64,000 nt of DNA from Terriglobales bacterium (GTDB lineage Bacteria > Acidobacteriota > Terriglobia > Terriglobales > Acidobacteriaceae). Both the position numbers and the translations under genes were made by a program. Positions 20,701 through 29,652 of the stretch are shown one piece after another. Below the pieces are notes generated by a model. It had not been told where the DNA came from. It searched no databases and saw only the letters and a program-made list of their open reading frames with translations. Numbering within the stretch: the stretch's first letter is position 1; each line of letters starts with the position of its first letter. Location of the stretch: contig DATMAB010000020.1 in the NCBI GenBank assembly GCA_035573675.1, positions 88,408 through 152,407 on the forward strand, in the 5' to 3' direction.

Positions 20701-21999
20701 TCAGGCAACGGGCGTAATGATGGCGCCCACGCGCAGGGGATGACGGCGCACGGCCACCAGACCGAGAATCAGGCCCGTGGCTGCGGCCAGCAGGGCCGTC
20801 ACCATGCCGGAGCGCTCGGCGACGCCGCCCCACATGGCGCTCCCTGCCGCCAGCCCTCCCTGCAGCACCAGAAGGTACATGGAGAGGGAGCGCGCCCGCA
20901 GCCAGGGCGGCGACATCGTTTGCGCGGACAGGTTCAGGCTCGCCAGAATCACGATCCATGCCAGGCCGCCCACCAGCAGTGCAAGACACATCGCCGCGAA
21001 CGCCTGCAGGTAGGCCATCGCCGCGGTCACCAGGGCGAAGACCAGGGTCGCGGTCGCGACCAGCGTGTTGAGCGAAGCCATGCGCCGAAACAACGGCAGC
21101 AGGCCCGCGCCCAACAACGCTCCAGAACCGAACGCTCCCAGCAGAAAACCGAAGCCGATCGAACCGTGAGGGCGCGCGATGAGCGGCAGCATGGCCCACA
21201 TCCCGCTGGCGAATACGCTGAACAGGCCGGAGCGCACCAGCACGGACTGCACGGGCGGCGATTGTCGCACGTGGTCGAAACCCGCTTTCATCGAATCCAC
21301 AATGCTGTTCAGAGGCACCGGAACATCGTGGTGGACGCGCTTCCACTGGTGCAGGAACAGGATTACGCCGAAAAACGAAGCGGCATTCAGCAGGAATGCC
21401 ACGCCCGAGCTGGTCGCCGCAATAATCACTCCGCCGATCGCCGGCCCGACCGCGCGCGCAATGTTGAAGCCGGCGGAATTCAGCGCCACCGCTTGCGGCA
21501 GTCTCTGGTGCGACGCCACCTCGGGGATGATTGCCTGCCACGCCGGGTCGTTCATCACCGCGCCCAATCCCAAAAGGAACGTCAGCAGCAGCAGGATGCC
21601 GGGCGTTACCACGCCATAGATGGTCAGGACGCCGAGCGTGGCCGCGACCAGCACCATCCAGGCCTGCGTCGCCAGGAGAAGCCGGCGACGGTCCACCATG
21701 TCCGCCAGCGCCCCCGCAGGCAGGACCACCAGGAACACGGGAAGACTGATGGCGGCTTGCACCAGCCCCACCAGCATCGGCGAGGTAGTGAGTGAAGTCA
21801 TCAGCCAGCCGGTCCCCAGGTTATGCATCCAGGTGCCGGTGTAGGAAATGACCGCCGCCAGCCACAAGTTGCGGTAGAGCGGCTCACGCAAGGGCGAAAA
21901 GGCGGAGAGGTAGTCCTCCTGCGACGCCGCAACCACGCTGACGGGGTTCTCGGTATCGGCCATCAGGTATGGGACTTCAGGGGTTCGGGAAGCAGCCAT
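20701..21999 (-). CDS. MFS transporter
   Basis: It is 432 aa with about 12 predicted TM helices. The layout resembles the EntS/MFS_3 type. Confidence 0.8.
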   Translation of the reverse strand: MAASRTPEVPYLMADTENPVSVVAASQEDYLSAFSPLREPLYRNLWLAAVISYTGTWMHNLGTGWLMTSLTTSPMLVGLVQAAISLPVFLVVLPAGALADMVDRRRLLLATQAWMVLVAATLGVLTIYGVVTPGILLLLTFLLGLGAVMNDPAWQAIIPEVASHQRLPQAVALNSAGFNIARAVGPAIGGVIIAATSSGVAFLLNAASFFGVILFLHQWKRVHHDVPVPLNSIVDSMKAGFDHVRQSPPVQSVLVRSGLFSVFASGMWAMLPLIARPHGSIGFGFLLGAFGSGALLGAGLLPLFRRMASLNTLVATATLVFALVTAAMAYLQAFAAMCLALLVGGLAWIVILASLNLSAQTMSPPWLRARSLSMYLLVLQGGLAAGSAMWGGVAERSGMVTALLAAATGLILGLVAVRRHPLRVGAIITPVA

Positions 22000-22099
22000 T
22001 CGCGGAAGCGCAGCCCCGAAGCAAGCAGGAGCCGCCTACCTTTAGACTCCGCGAATCCGGCAAGGTTAGCACAGTGCCCGACCATCGCCGGCCTGCCCT

Positions 22100-23587
22100 T
22101 CAGCCATTGGCGGAAACCGATTCGGCAGCCGCCACAAACGGCCAGTGCCGATGCCTCCAGGAGCGATGCAGAAAGATGGCGGTGCCGACCACCAGGATGA
22201 CCACGGCATAACGCACTTCCTTGAGGAAGTTCGGGCGCGAGACCAGCACATACAGGAAGCCGGTGATGGCCAGCAGCGCCGGCAGGGGATACAGCCACAT
22301 GCGGAAGGGGCGCGGCATATCGGGCCGCCGCCGGCGCAGCACCATCACTCCCACTGCCTGCACCAGGAATTGGATCATGATGCGAATGACGACCAGAGCG
22401 GCGATCACATCCGCCAGCCGCAGGAAGCAGAAGGCGGCCGCCACCAGGCCCAGCGCCAGCAGAGAGACATGCGGAAAGCGGTGTCTGGGGTGGACCTTGG
22501 CGAAGGCCCGGAAGTAGTTGCCGTCCAGCGCTGCGGCATAGGGCACTCGCGAGTAGCCCAGCAGCAGCGAAAAAACCGAGGCGAACGCGGTCCACATGAT
22601 GAGGACCGTCACCACGTGCGCCGCCCAGCTCCCGTAGATGCGTTCCATGAAGATGGAAATGATGTAGAAGCGCGTGTCGGTGCGCGCGGCCTCGTCCAGC
22701 TCACGCCACGGCATCACCCCCAGGATGGCGATGTTCATCACGATGTAGATGGAGGCCACCGCCGCAATGGAATAGAGCAAGGCCCGCGGAATGTTGCGCC
22801 CCGGGTCGCGCACCTCGTCGCCGAAAAAGCAGACGTTGTAATAGCCCCAGTAGTCGTACGTGGCGATGAGCAGCGCAGCCCCGAAGCCCAGGAAGAACTT
22901 CTCATTGAGCACGAACGCATCGGGAGGAAAATCGAACGCCAGCCGGGGATTGAAGTGGGTCAACCCGGCGAAGATGATCCACACGATGGTGGAGATGACT
23001 CCGGCCCACAGCACCTTGGAAAGCCATCCGATCACCGTGATGCGACGGTAGAGCAGGAAGACGGCCAGCAGACACACGCCCACCGCCACGAACGTGCCGG
23101 GGTTGACCAGCACCCGCACCTGCAGGTCTCCCAGCAGCGGCAGCCCCAGCCGGAACTCCCGCGTCAGCCAGGCCGGTTCCAGCGCCGGCACAATGTAAGT
23201 CGCGTACTGCGCCAGACCGATGCAGCCCGAGGCGATGGAAAGCGGCGCGCTGAACGAGATCTGCCAGATAAACAGGAAGGAGAAGAAGCGGCCCAGCTTC
23301 TCGGCGCCGTAAATCTCCCTTAGGTAGCGGTAGGAACCGCCCGAGCCCGGCATGGCTGCGCCCAATTCGGCCCACACCAGGCCGTCGCATACGGCCAGGG
23401 CCGCGCCCAGGATCCACCCCAGCATGGCCTGCGGACCGCCCGCGGCGCTCACAATCAGCGGGATGGTGATGAACGGCCCCACGCCGATCATGTCGATCAT
23501 GTTTAGCGCGGTGGCGCCGCCCAGGCTGATGCCGCGGATGAGCTGCGGCTCTGTCGCCTCACCGCTAGCGCGGCTCATGTCCCGCAC
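22100..23587 (-). CDS. APC-superfamily amino acid/polyamine permease
   Basis: It is 495 aa with 12 or more TM helices. The N-terminal motif is GATALNMIDMIGVGPFITIP. Confidence 0.8.
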   Translation of the reverse strand: MRDMSRASGEATEPQLIRGISLGGATALNMIDMIGVGPFITIPLIVSAAGGPQAMLGWILGAALAVCDGLVWAELGAAMPGSGGSYRYLREIYGAEKLGRFFSFLFIWQISFSAPLSIASGCIGLAQYATYIVPALEPAWLTREFRLGLPLLGDLQVRVLVNPGTFVAVGVCLLAVFLLYRRITVIGWLSKVLWAGVISTIVWIIFAGLTHFNPRLAFDFPPDAFVLNEKFFLGFGAALLIATYDYWGYYNVCFFGDEVRDPGRNIPRALLYSIAAVASIYIVMNIAILGVMPWRELDEAARTDTRFYIISIFMERIYGSWAAHVVTVLIMWTAFASVFSLLLGYSRVPYAAALDGNYFRAFAKVHPRHRFPHVSLLALGLVAAAFCFLRLADVIAALVVIRIMIQFLVQAVGVMVLRRRRPDMPRPFRMWLYPLPALLAITGFLYVLVSRPNFLKEVRYAVVILVVGTAIFLHRSWRHRHWPFVAAAESVSANG

Positions 23588-26282
23588 TCAGAAGATTGAC
23601 GAACAGCCGCACCGCGCCGGGCACTCCGGCAGGCAGTTGGCGGAAGAAGGAATAGCCCGTGAAGATGTAGGTGCCCTTTCCGTACCGCGCGCGCAGCAGA
23701 CCGCCCGGCAACGCGGGTTCGCCCGGATCGTGGGAGGCCAGCAGTGGCTGGTAGCGTTCGTCCCACTGTTCCATGAAATAGAGCCCACGCTCCTGCACCC
23801 AGCCCTCGAAATCGCGCGCGCGGATCTGGTTGGGATAGCGGAACAGCACGTCCTCCGGCGCGAGGATTTCCACCGGCGCCTCTTCCGTGGCCACGCGGAC
23901 CCGGCCGACGCGCGCCGGATACGGCATGTAGTTGCCGGAGTTGAACTGCTCCCACTCCGAGTTGTACTGCACGATCAGCGTGCCGCCTTTCTCCACGTAG
24001 TCCAGCAGCCGCCGGTTCGCACGCCGTACGTCTTCGCGCACGTCGTAGGCGCGAATGCCGAGGATAACAGTTTGATAACGGCTCAGGTCACCTTCGGAGA
24101 CGTCGGCAGGGCTGAGTTCGGTCACGTCCAGGCCCAATTGCCGCAGGATCCCCGGAATGTCGTCCCCGGCGCCCATCACATAGCCGATCTTGAGTCCTTC
24201 CGGAACCGCCACTTCTACAGCACGGATGTGCTGCACCGCTGGACGAAAGAAATACGACGCGCCCAGGTCCTCGCGCTCCACAATGCTGAAACCCTCGGTG
24301 TAGACGTGCCCTTGATGCTCGAGGCCGGCGCGAATCTCGTGTCTCCCTTCCATTCGCTCTGGGGCGGAAACCAGGAATGTGCAGGTCATGGAGCCGTTCG
24401 CCGGCAGTGAGACCGCTTGTGCGGCAGGTGCTGCGCTCCAACCATCGGGCACTTCCAGCCGCAGAGTTGCGTCCGCAGGTTTCTCCCGGTTGTTACGCAC
24501 CGCCACCCGAACCTCGATGTCGCCGTTCCTCCCCGCCACCACCACCGCGGCTGGTGGCTCCGGAAGCACCGAGAACGCTGGTACCACCGCCAACGGGCGG
24601 CCGGACTTCCCCCTTCCTGCGGCATCGAGGGAGCCGGCCAATCCTCCGAGCTCATAGGTTGCCTTGCCACGCACCGGGATCGGTGGTAGCGGCTCACCAA
24701 CCGGCCCGGCATCATCCACCGTGTATACCGATTCCCGCTCCGGATCGCCGCGGCGCCAGTAGGGGCGCGTGATGTCTGCGTCTTCCGGTACTTTCACCTC
24801 GAATTCCACTCGTGCTTCCTCACCCGGCGCGACTGTTCGCGCACGCTGTCCGGAAACGTGTGCCGTCCAGCGCTGTGGGAGGTCGAGCTTTACCTGCTTC
24901 ACCTCGATGGTTCTCGCGCCACGATTCGCGACACGTGCGGTGAGTCTGAAGCTCTGGCCCGGCACCAGCATGGCCGTCGTCGACTCAGCCTCTAACCGGA
25001 ACTCCAGTCCCAACGCCAGCGCGGCCGCTTTGTCGAATTGTTCTTCCTTGGTCCGCAGGTGTGTAAGCAGGTCCGCTTTGGCTGCCACCGAAAGGCTCGC
25101 CCGCTCAACCCGCCGCACCAGTTCTCTAACCTGCTGCAGCCCTCGAAGCAGGATTTGTCCCGCCTTTGCCGGGTCGCTGCCGGCAGCCATCTTGGCTTCT
25201 GTCACCCGCGATTCAATCTCGATCAGCGCCGGACGCAGGAACGCCGCTTTGGACTCTTCTTTGCCCAACCGTGCGGCGAGGCCGGGCAGCGTAGTGTCAA
25301 TCCCGTCGAAGTAATCCTGCTCCCGGGCCGCCGCAGTGCCCGCGGCTAGCACGGAATCCACCAGCTTGTAGTTCGCAAAGCGCGGACCCGGCGTCAGGCG
25401 CCACTCGCCGGCGCCTTGCGAGAGTTGCCGGCCCAGTCCTTCGAACGCCACCTCCACATAGGACTTGCCCAGCACTTCATCGCGCTGGCTGGTTTCCAGC
25501 GACAGCGTGGGATTCTCCTCCCGCCGGATGTTGTCGATGTAGAGCTTCTTGGGCTGCCAGGGCGCGAGCCCCTGCGCGATCTGCTCCGGGAACCGGTTGG
25601 GGTCAGCGGCGGCGCGGAACGCTTCCCGGGAAAGGATGCCTGCGGCCTGGTGCTGCCCGTGGCCATCACGAGACGTCCCCTGGAAGCGCGAAACCAATAC
25701 ATCGGGCCGGAACGTGCGGATGACGCGCACCATGTCGGCCAGCGCCACGTCGTGGCCCTGCCACTTGGCAAATGCTTCCTCGGCGGATTTCGAGTACCCG
25801 TAGTCCACCACGCGTGTGAACCTCTGCTCCACGTCGTAATAGCGGTCCGAGGCCAGCAGCTCCAGCGTACGCAGCACGCCCAGTTCATCGGAAAGATTGC
25901 TGCTGGTCTTGTTCTGCCCGCCCTCACCGCGGTTCAGCGTCAGCAGCAGCACGGTAGCGCCCCGCCCACGCGACTCCAGCGTCATCATTCCGCCGTCTTC
26001 GTCGTCGGGATGGGCCGTCGTGTGCAGCAGCCGGGCGGTCGTGCCCAGCTTGCGCAGCATCTGCTCCAGGCCCGCCTTGCCCGTGTCATACGGAAGAGGA
26101 CGATACGGGTCGGGGGCGGGCGTCTGCGCGCTGACCGGCCAGCCCAGCGCAATCAGCGCCAGCCAGGATGCCCAACGGAGTCCGGCAAGCAGCTTGCGGC
26201 TTCCCGAGAGCTTCGCCTTCATGTTGGCCACGCCGGTTGGATGCCGCATCGCTTCGATTGGTTCTAAATGTTTTGCTTTCAA
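23565..26282 (-). CDS. Large secreted PIG-L/LmbE-family deacetylase fusion protein
   Basis: The N-terminal PIG-L motif is TTAHPDDEDGG. About 650 further residues follow. The C-terminal segment resembles a class-I glutamine-amidotransferase-like fold (YQTVILGIRAYDV). An alternative start is at 26222. Confidence 0.7.
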   Translation of the reverse strand: MKAKHLEPIEAMRHPTGVANMKAKLSGSRKLLAGLRWASWLALIALGWPVSAQTPAPDPYRPLPYDTGKAGLEQMLRKLGTTARLLHTTAHPDDEDGGMMTLESRGRGATVLLLTLNRGEGGQNKTSSNLSDELGVLRTLELLASDRYYDVEQRFTRVVDYGYSKSAEEAFAKWQGHDVALADMVRVIRTFRPDVLVSRFQGTSRDGHGQHQAAGILSREAFRAAADPNRFPEQIAQGLAPWQPKKLYIDNIRREENPTLSLETSQRDEVLGKSYVEVAFEGLGRQLSQGAGEWRLTPGPRFANYKLVDSVLAAGTAAAREQDYFDGIDTTLPGLAARLGKEESKAAFLRPALIEIESRVTEAKMAAGSDPAKAGQILLRGLQQVRELVRRVERASLSVAAKADLLTHLRTKEEQFDKAAALALGLEFRLEAESTTAMLVPGQSFRLTARVANRGARTIEVKQVKLDLPQRWTAHVSGQRARTVAPGEEARVEFEVKVPEDADITRPYWRRGDPERESVYTVDDAGPVGEPLPPIPVRGKATYELGGLAGSLDAAGRGKSGRPLAVVPAFSVLPEPPAAVVVAGRNGDIEVRVAVRNNREKPADATLRLEVPDGWSAAPAAQAVSLPANGSMTCTFLVSAPERMEGRHEIRAGLEHQGHVYTEGFSIVEREDLGASYFFRPAVQHIRAVEVAVPEGLKIGYVMGAGDDIPGILRQLGLDVTELSPADVSEGDLSRYQTVILGIRAYDVREDVRRANRRLLDYVEKGGTLIVQYNSEWEQFNSGNYMPYPARVGRVRVATEEAPVEILAPEDVLFRYPNQIRARDFEGWVQERGLYFMEQWDERYQPLLASHDPGEPALPGGLLRARYGKGTYIFTGYSFFRQLPAGVPGAVRLFVNLLSAGHEPR

Positions 26283-26490
26283 CGCGCAAGAAGGATTCGG
26301 CTGGCGCCGGAGAGGCTGCGGTGAAAACTGTCGTCACCAAGGCGTTGATGTGGATGGAGGGTATTCACACCCCCATCTGCTCCTGAACCGGGTGATCGGT
26401 CCGGGCCGCGACGCACACGCCTCGACTCCGGAGTACAAGGTCACCGCCGTGCGCGTGGAACGTGCCGAAGCGCGCGACGCGGATTGACCT

Positions 26491-26964
26491 TCAGGCGGCG
26501 CGTTCCAGCGCGAAGGACGAGATGGTCGGCTTCACCAGGCGCGCGAAGTCCGCATAGGCCAGGCGAATGATCTCGTTGTGCGAGCCGGCGTTGAACGCGA
26601 TCTCCTGGTCGCGGGTCAGCGCTTCTTCCACGAAGACCGGCATTCCATAGAGATTCCCGAAGGGCGGCATGGCGCCGGTTTCGCAGTCGGGGAATTTTTC
26701 CCGAAACTCAGCTTCCGTGGCCAGCACGGCATGCTTCGCGCCGGCCGCCGCCTTGACCGCACCCAGGTCCACGTGGCGCGACGCCGGAAGCACCGCCATC
26801 GCCATCCTGTCATCGAGCTTGAGGATGACGGTCTTGGCCATCTCCCGCCCCGGAATGTGCGTCAGGGCTGCGATTTCCTGCGCCGTGAAGGCGGTGGAAT
26901 GGGCGATGCTCACGTAGCGAACGCCTTCCTTGTCGAGGAATTCCTTCAGTCTCTGGACCGGCAT
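26491..26964 (-). CDS. YbaK/EbsC-type aminoacyl-tRNA deacylase domain protein
   Basis: It is 157 aa. The conserved KTVILK... and GAMPPFGNLYGMPVFVEE pattern is typical of the YbaK/ProX family. Confidence 0.75.
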   Translation of the reverse strand: MPVQRLKEFLDKEGVRYVSIAHSTAFTAQEIAALTHIPGREMAKTVILKLDDRMAMAVLPASRHVDLGAVKAAAGAKHAVLATEAEFREKFPDCETGAMPPFGNLYGMPVFVEEALTRDQEIAFNAGSHNEIIRLAYADFARLVKPTISSFALERAA

Positions 26965-27061
26965 GGCTACCTCCTTGCTGCCTGTCGGCAGCCTGCACTA
27001 AGTCTAGCGCGAAGCGCGTTCGGTTTCAGTGATGCAGGAACCTTGGGCCCGTGCGCTCTGC

Positions 27062-27547
27062 CTACCTCTTGTATCCGATCTGGCGCAGGAAGCTCTGGCG
27101 CGCCGCCTGCTCCGCTGTTCCCTCCACGCCCTTGGGAGAGCTGCCGTCGATCACTCCCAGCACGCCGCGTCCCTGCGAACTTTTCGCTACCACCACCTCC
27201 ACCGGGTTGGCCGTGGCGCAGAAGATGGAACAGATTTCCGGCACGCGAGCCAGTGCCGGCAGCAGGTTGACGGGATAGGCGCCGCGGATCACCAGCACGA
27301 ACACGTGTCCGGCAGCCAGCGCTTGTGCATTGCGTACGGCCACCGCACGCAGCTCATCGTCATTGCCTTCGGTGCGCGTCAGGCAGGGACCGGAACTCTC
27401 ATTGAACGCCAGCCCGAATTTGCACTGCGGCACGGTCCCGACCACGGCCTCGTAGACGTCCTCCACCGTCTTGATGAAGTGCGACTGGCCGACGATGATA
27501 TTGGCGTCCGCCGGGAATTCCATGCGTACGGCATCCAGGTCGAGCAT
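27062..27547 (-). CDS. Adenosine-specific-kinase-like protein (PF04008-type)
   Basis: Motifs are GQSHFIKTVEDVYEA..., KFGLAFNESSGPCL..., FCATANPVEVVV... and LRQIGYK. The start is taken at MLDLDAV (ATG 27547). Confidence 0.6.
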   Translation of the reverse strand: MLDLDAVRMEFPADANIIVGQSHFIKTVEDVYEAVVGTVPQCKFGLAFNESSGPCLTRTEGNDDELRAVAVRNAQALAAGHVFVLVIRGAYPVNLLPALARVPEICSIFCATANPVEVVVAKSSQGRGVLGVIDGSSPKGVEGTAEQAARQSFLRQIGYKR

Positions 27548-27689
27548 GGGAAACCTCCTGCTGGCCGCGTGGCGCACATGATATCGCAGGTGGGCGGCTC
27601 CGGCGGAAGCCGTGGCATCGCCGACCCGGGGCCACGAGCGCTCCCGGACGCGCCTCCCGCGGCGCGTCCGGAAACGGCTCCCTGGATGT

Positions 27690-28433
27690 CTACTTGCCCG
27701 CCGGAACGTAACTCAGGTCTGCTCGGTAGCGAGAGACGTAGGTTCGGGTGTAGCGGATGTGCTTGCGGAGGTCTTGCACGACCGCAGTTCCCTGCTCCGC
27801 ACCGTAGACGCTTGCCAGCATATCCGACAGCGACTTCTCCGGCGGCGCGAAGGACGCCCAGTCCTTGCGGCCGACGCTCAGCACGAAGCGCGGACCTTCG
27901 CCGCCGCTCACCAACTGGTACCACATCAGTCCTGTTCCCCAGTTCGATTTCTTGATCGCCTCGGAGATCTTTTTCACGTTCTCGGCGAACTCCGTGACGC
28001 CTTCCGGCTTCACGTAGAAGTGGGTCACCTGGCTGAACGCTGCCGGCTCGGCGGTGGCAGCCGGAACGCTCATGTCACCCCGCATCACCCACAGCGAGGG
28101 ATAAGCCGAGTCCTGGTGGGGAGCGAGATTGGCCGCTGCGTCGGCGCTGTCGGCCTGCTCAAAGGCCTCACGTCCGTCGAAATCCTTCCACTCATGGCCG
28201 GGTGAACTGATGATGTAGCTCCCCGTGTTCTCCCCCATGATCACTTCGAACACGCGCCAGGTCCAGGTGTCGTTCTGTTTCTTGTGCCACTCCGCATGTT
28301 TCTTGCGGCCTTCTTCGTAGGCTTGCTCGTGTCCGGGCTTCGGCTTGGCAATGTACACCTGCGCCACGTTCTGGGCCCCGGCGGGCAGGGCCAACGCTAC
28401 CAACAGACAGCATGCGAACGTCCACTTGCGCAT
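27690..28433 (-). CDS. Secreted hypothetical protein, apparently two tandem alpha+beta domains
   Basis: The signal peptide is MRKWTFACCLLVALALPAGAQ. Composition is balanced, and I recognise no catalytic motif. Confidence 0.6.
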   Translation of the reverse strand: MRKWTFACCLLVALALPAGAQNVAQVYIAKPKPGHEQAYEEGRKKHAEWHKKQNDTWTWRVFEVIMGENTGSYIISSPGHEWKDFDGREAFEQADSADAAANLAPHQDSAYPSLWVMRGDMSVPAATAEPAAFSQVTHFYVKPEGVTEFAENVKKISEAIKKSNWGTGLMWYQLVSGGEGPRFVLSVGRKDWASFAPPEKSLSDMLASVYGAEQGTAVVQDLRKHIRYTRTYVSRYRADLSYVPAGK

Positions 28434-28563
28434 TCGGGAATCCTCCTGGGATGGTTGGTTGGAATAGGTTGGAAAGCGGGCACGGGCGTGAGGCCCGCAG
28501 CGACCGTAGCAAGCTACGCCCTTGCGCAGCAGGAGTCAACTTTGGCTGCCGGGCGGCTTGCGC

Positions 28564-29613
28564 CTACGCCCGGCGGAAGAACAGCGCCTGCCGTGCAATG
28601 GGCTTAGTCCGGGCCACCAGCGCGGCCATCTGCGAATCGCTCAGAGGCGTGAAGCGGCGAGCCAGCTCTACGTTCTCTTCCAGTTGCTGCACTGAGTCGC
28701 AGCCGACAATGACCGTGCTCACGGGCAGCGAGAGCACGTAATACAGCGCCTCTCGCATCGTGACCGTTCCCGGCCGGCTGCCTCCCGCCCACGAGGACGA
28801 ATCACTCGCGGAAGGTTTCCACGAGGAGAGAATGCGCCCGCGGGCCGGCACTTTCATGCCGATGATGCCCATCTCTTTCTCTACCGCCAGGGGAAGCAAT
28901 CGCTCGATGAAGCTGCGATGGTGCTTGTCTGCAGCATTGAGCGCCAGCAGGATGGTATCGAACGGGAAACGCTGGATGGCCGCAATCAGCACGTCCGGAT
29001 CAGCGTGACCCGTGACGCCCAGGTAGCGCACCATCTTCTGCGCCCGCGCCTGTTCCAGCGCCTCCATGGCGCCGCCTTTGGCGAAGATCTGTTCCACCTG
29101 CTCCATTCTGGAAAGGTTGTGCACCTGCCACAGGTCGAGATGGTCGGTGTTCAGCAGGCGCAGGGATTCTTCCAGCAACCGGAGCGACCCATCGCGGGTG
29201 CGGTCATGCGTTTTGGAAGCCAGGAAGACCTGCGCCCGCCGCCGCTTCATCACCTGTCCGATATAGCGCTGGCTCCAGCGCGCTTCACCGCCGTATGCGG
29301 CGGCCGTATCCACGTAGTTCACGCCCAGGTCGAGCGCGCGCTCCACAATGGCAGCTGCCGCTGCCTCATTGTTCGGCTGCTCGATGGCGGCCTGCCCGCC
29401 CAGGCTGAACAAAGCCGTCCGGTAGCCGGTACGGCCCAGGTTGCGCGTGGACATCGCTGGGGCCGTCGCCGGATTCTCGGGCAGTGGTGGGAACGCGGTC
29501 GCCTGTGACCCTGCTACGCTGCCGGCCAGGAAGCCGGCGGTGGCCGCGCCTCCCATCTTCAGGAATTCCCGTCGCGGCCGGTTCGTTTCCCCGCTCGGCT
29601 CCTTCTGGCTCAT
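28564..29613 (-). CDS. Aldo/keto reductase with a Tat-type signal
   Basis: The twin-arginine leader is RPRREFLKMGGAATAG. AKR motifs are present (VNYVDTAAAYGGEA..., HNLSRMEQV). Confidence 0.8.
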   Translation of the reverse strand: MSQKEPSGETNRPRREFLKMGGAATAGFLAGSVAGSQATAFPPLPENPATAPAMSTRNLGRTGYRTALFSLGGQAAIEQPNNEAAAAAIVERALDLGVNYVDTAAAYGGEARWSQRYIGQVMKRRRAQVFLASKTHDRTRDGSLRLLEESLRLLNTDHLDLWQVHNLSRMEQVEQIFAKGGAMEALEQARAQKMVRYLGVTGHADPDVLIAAIQRFPFDTILLALNAADKHHRSFIERLLPLAVEKEMGIIGMKVPARGRILSSWKPSASDSSSWAGGSRPGTVTMREALYYVLSLPVSTVIVGCDSVQQLEENVELARRFTPLSDSQMAALVARTKPIARQALFFRRA

Positions 29614-29652
29614 CGCACACCTCGCCCGTGATTATAAGTCCGCGCGGGGCGA

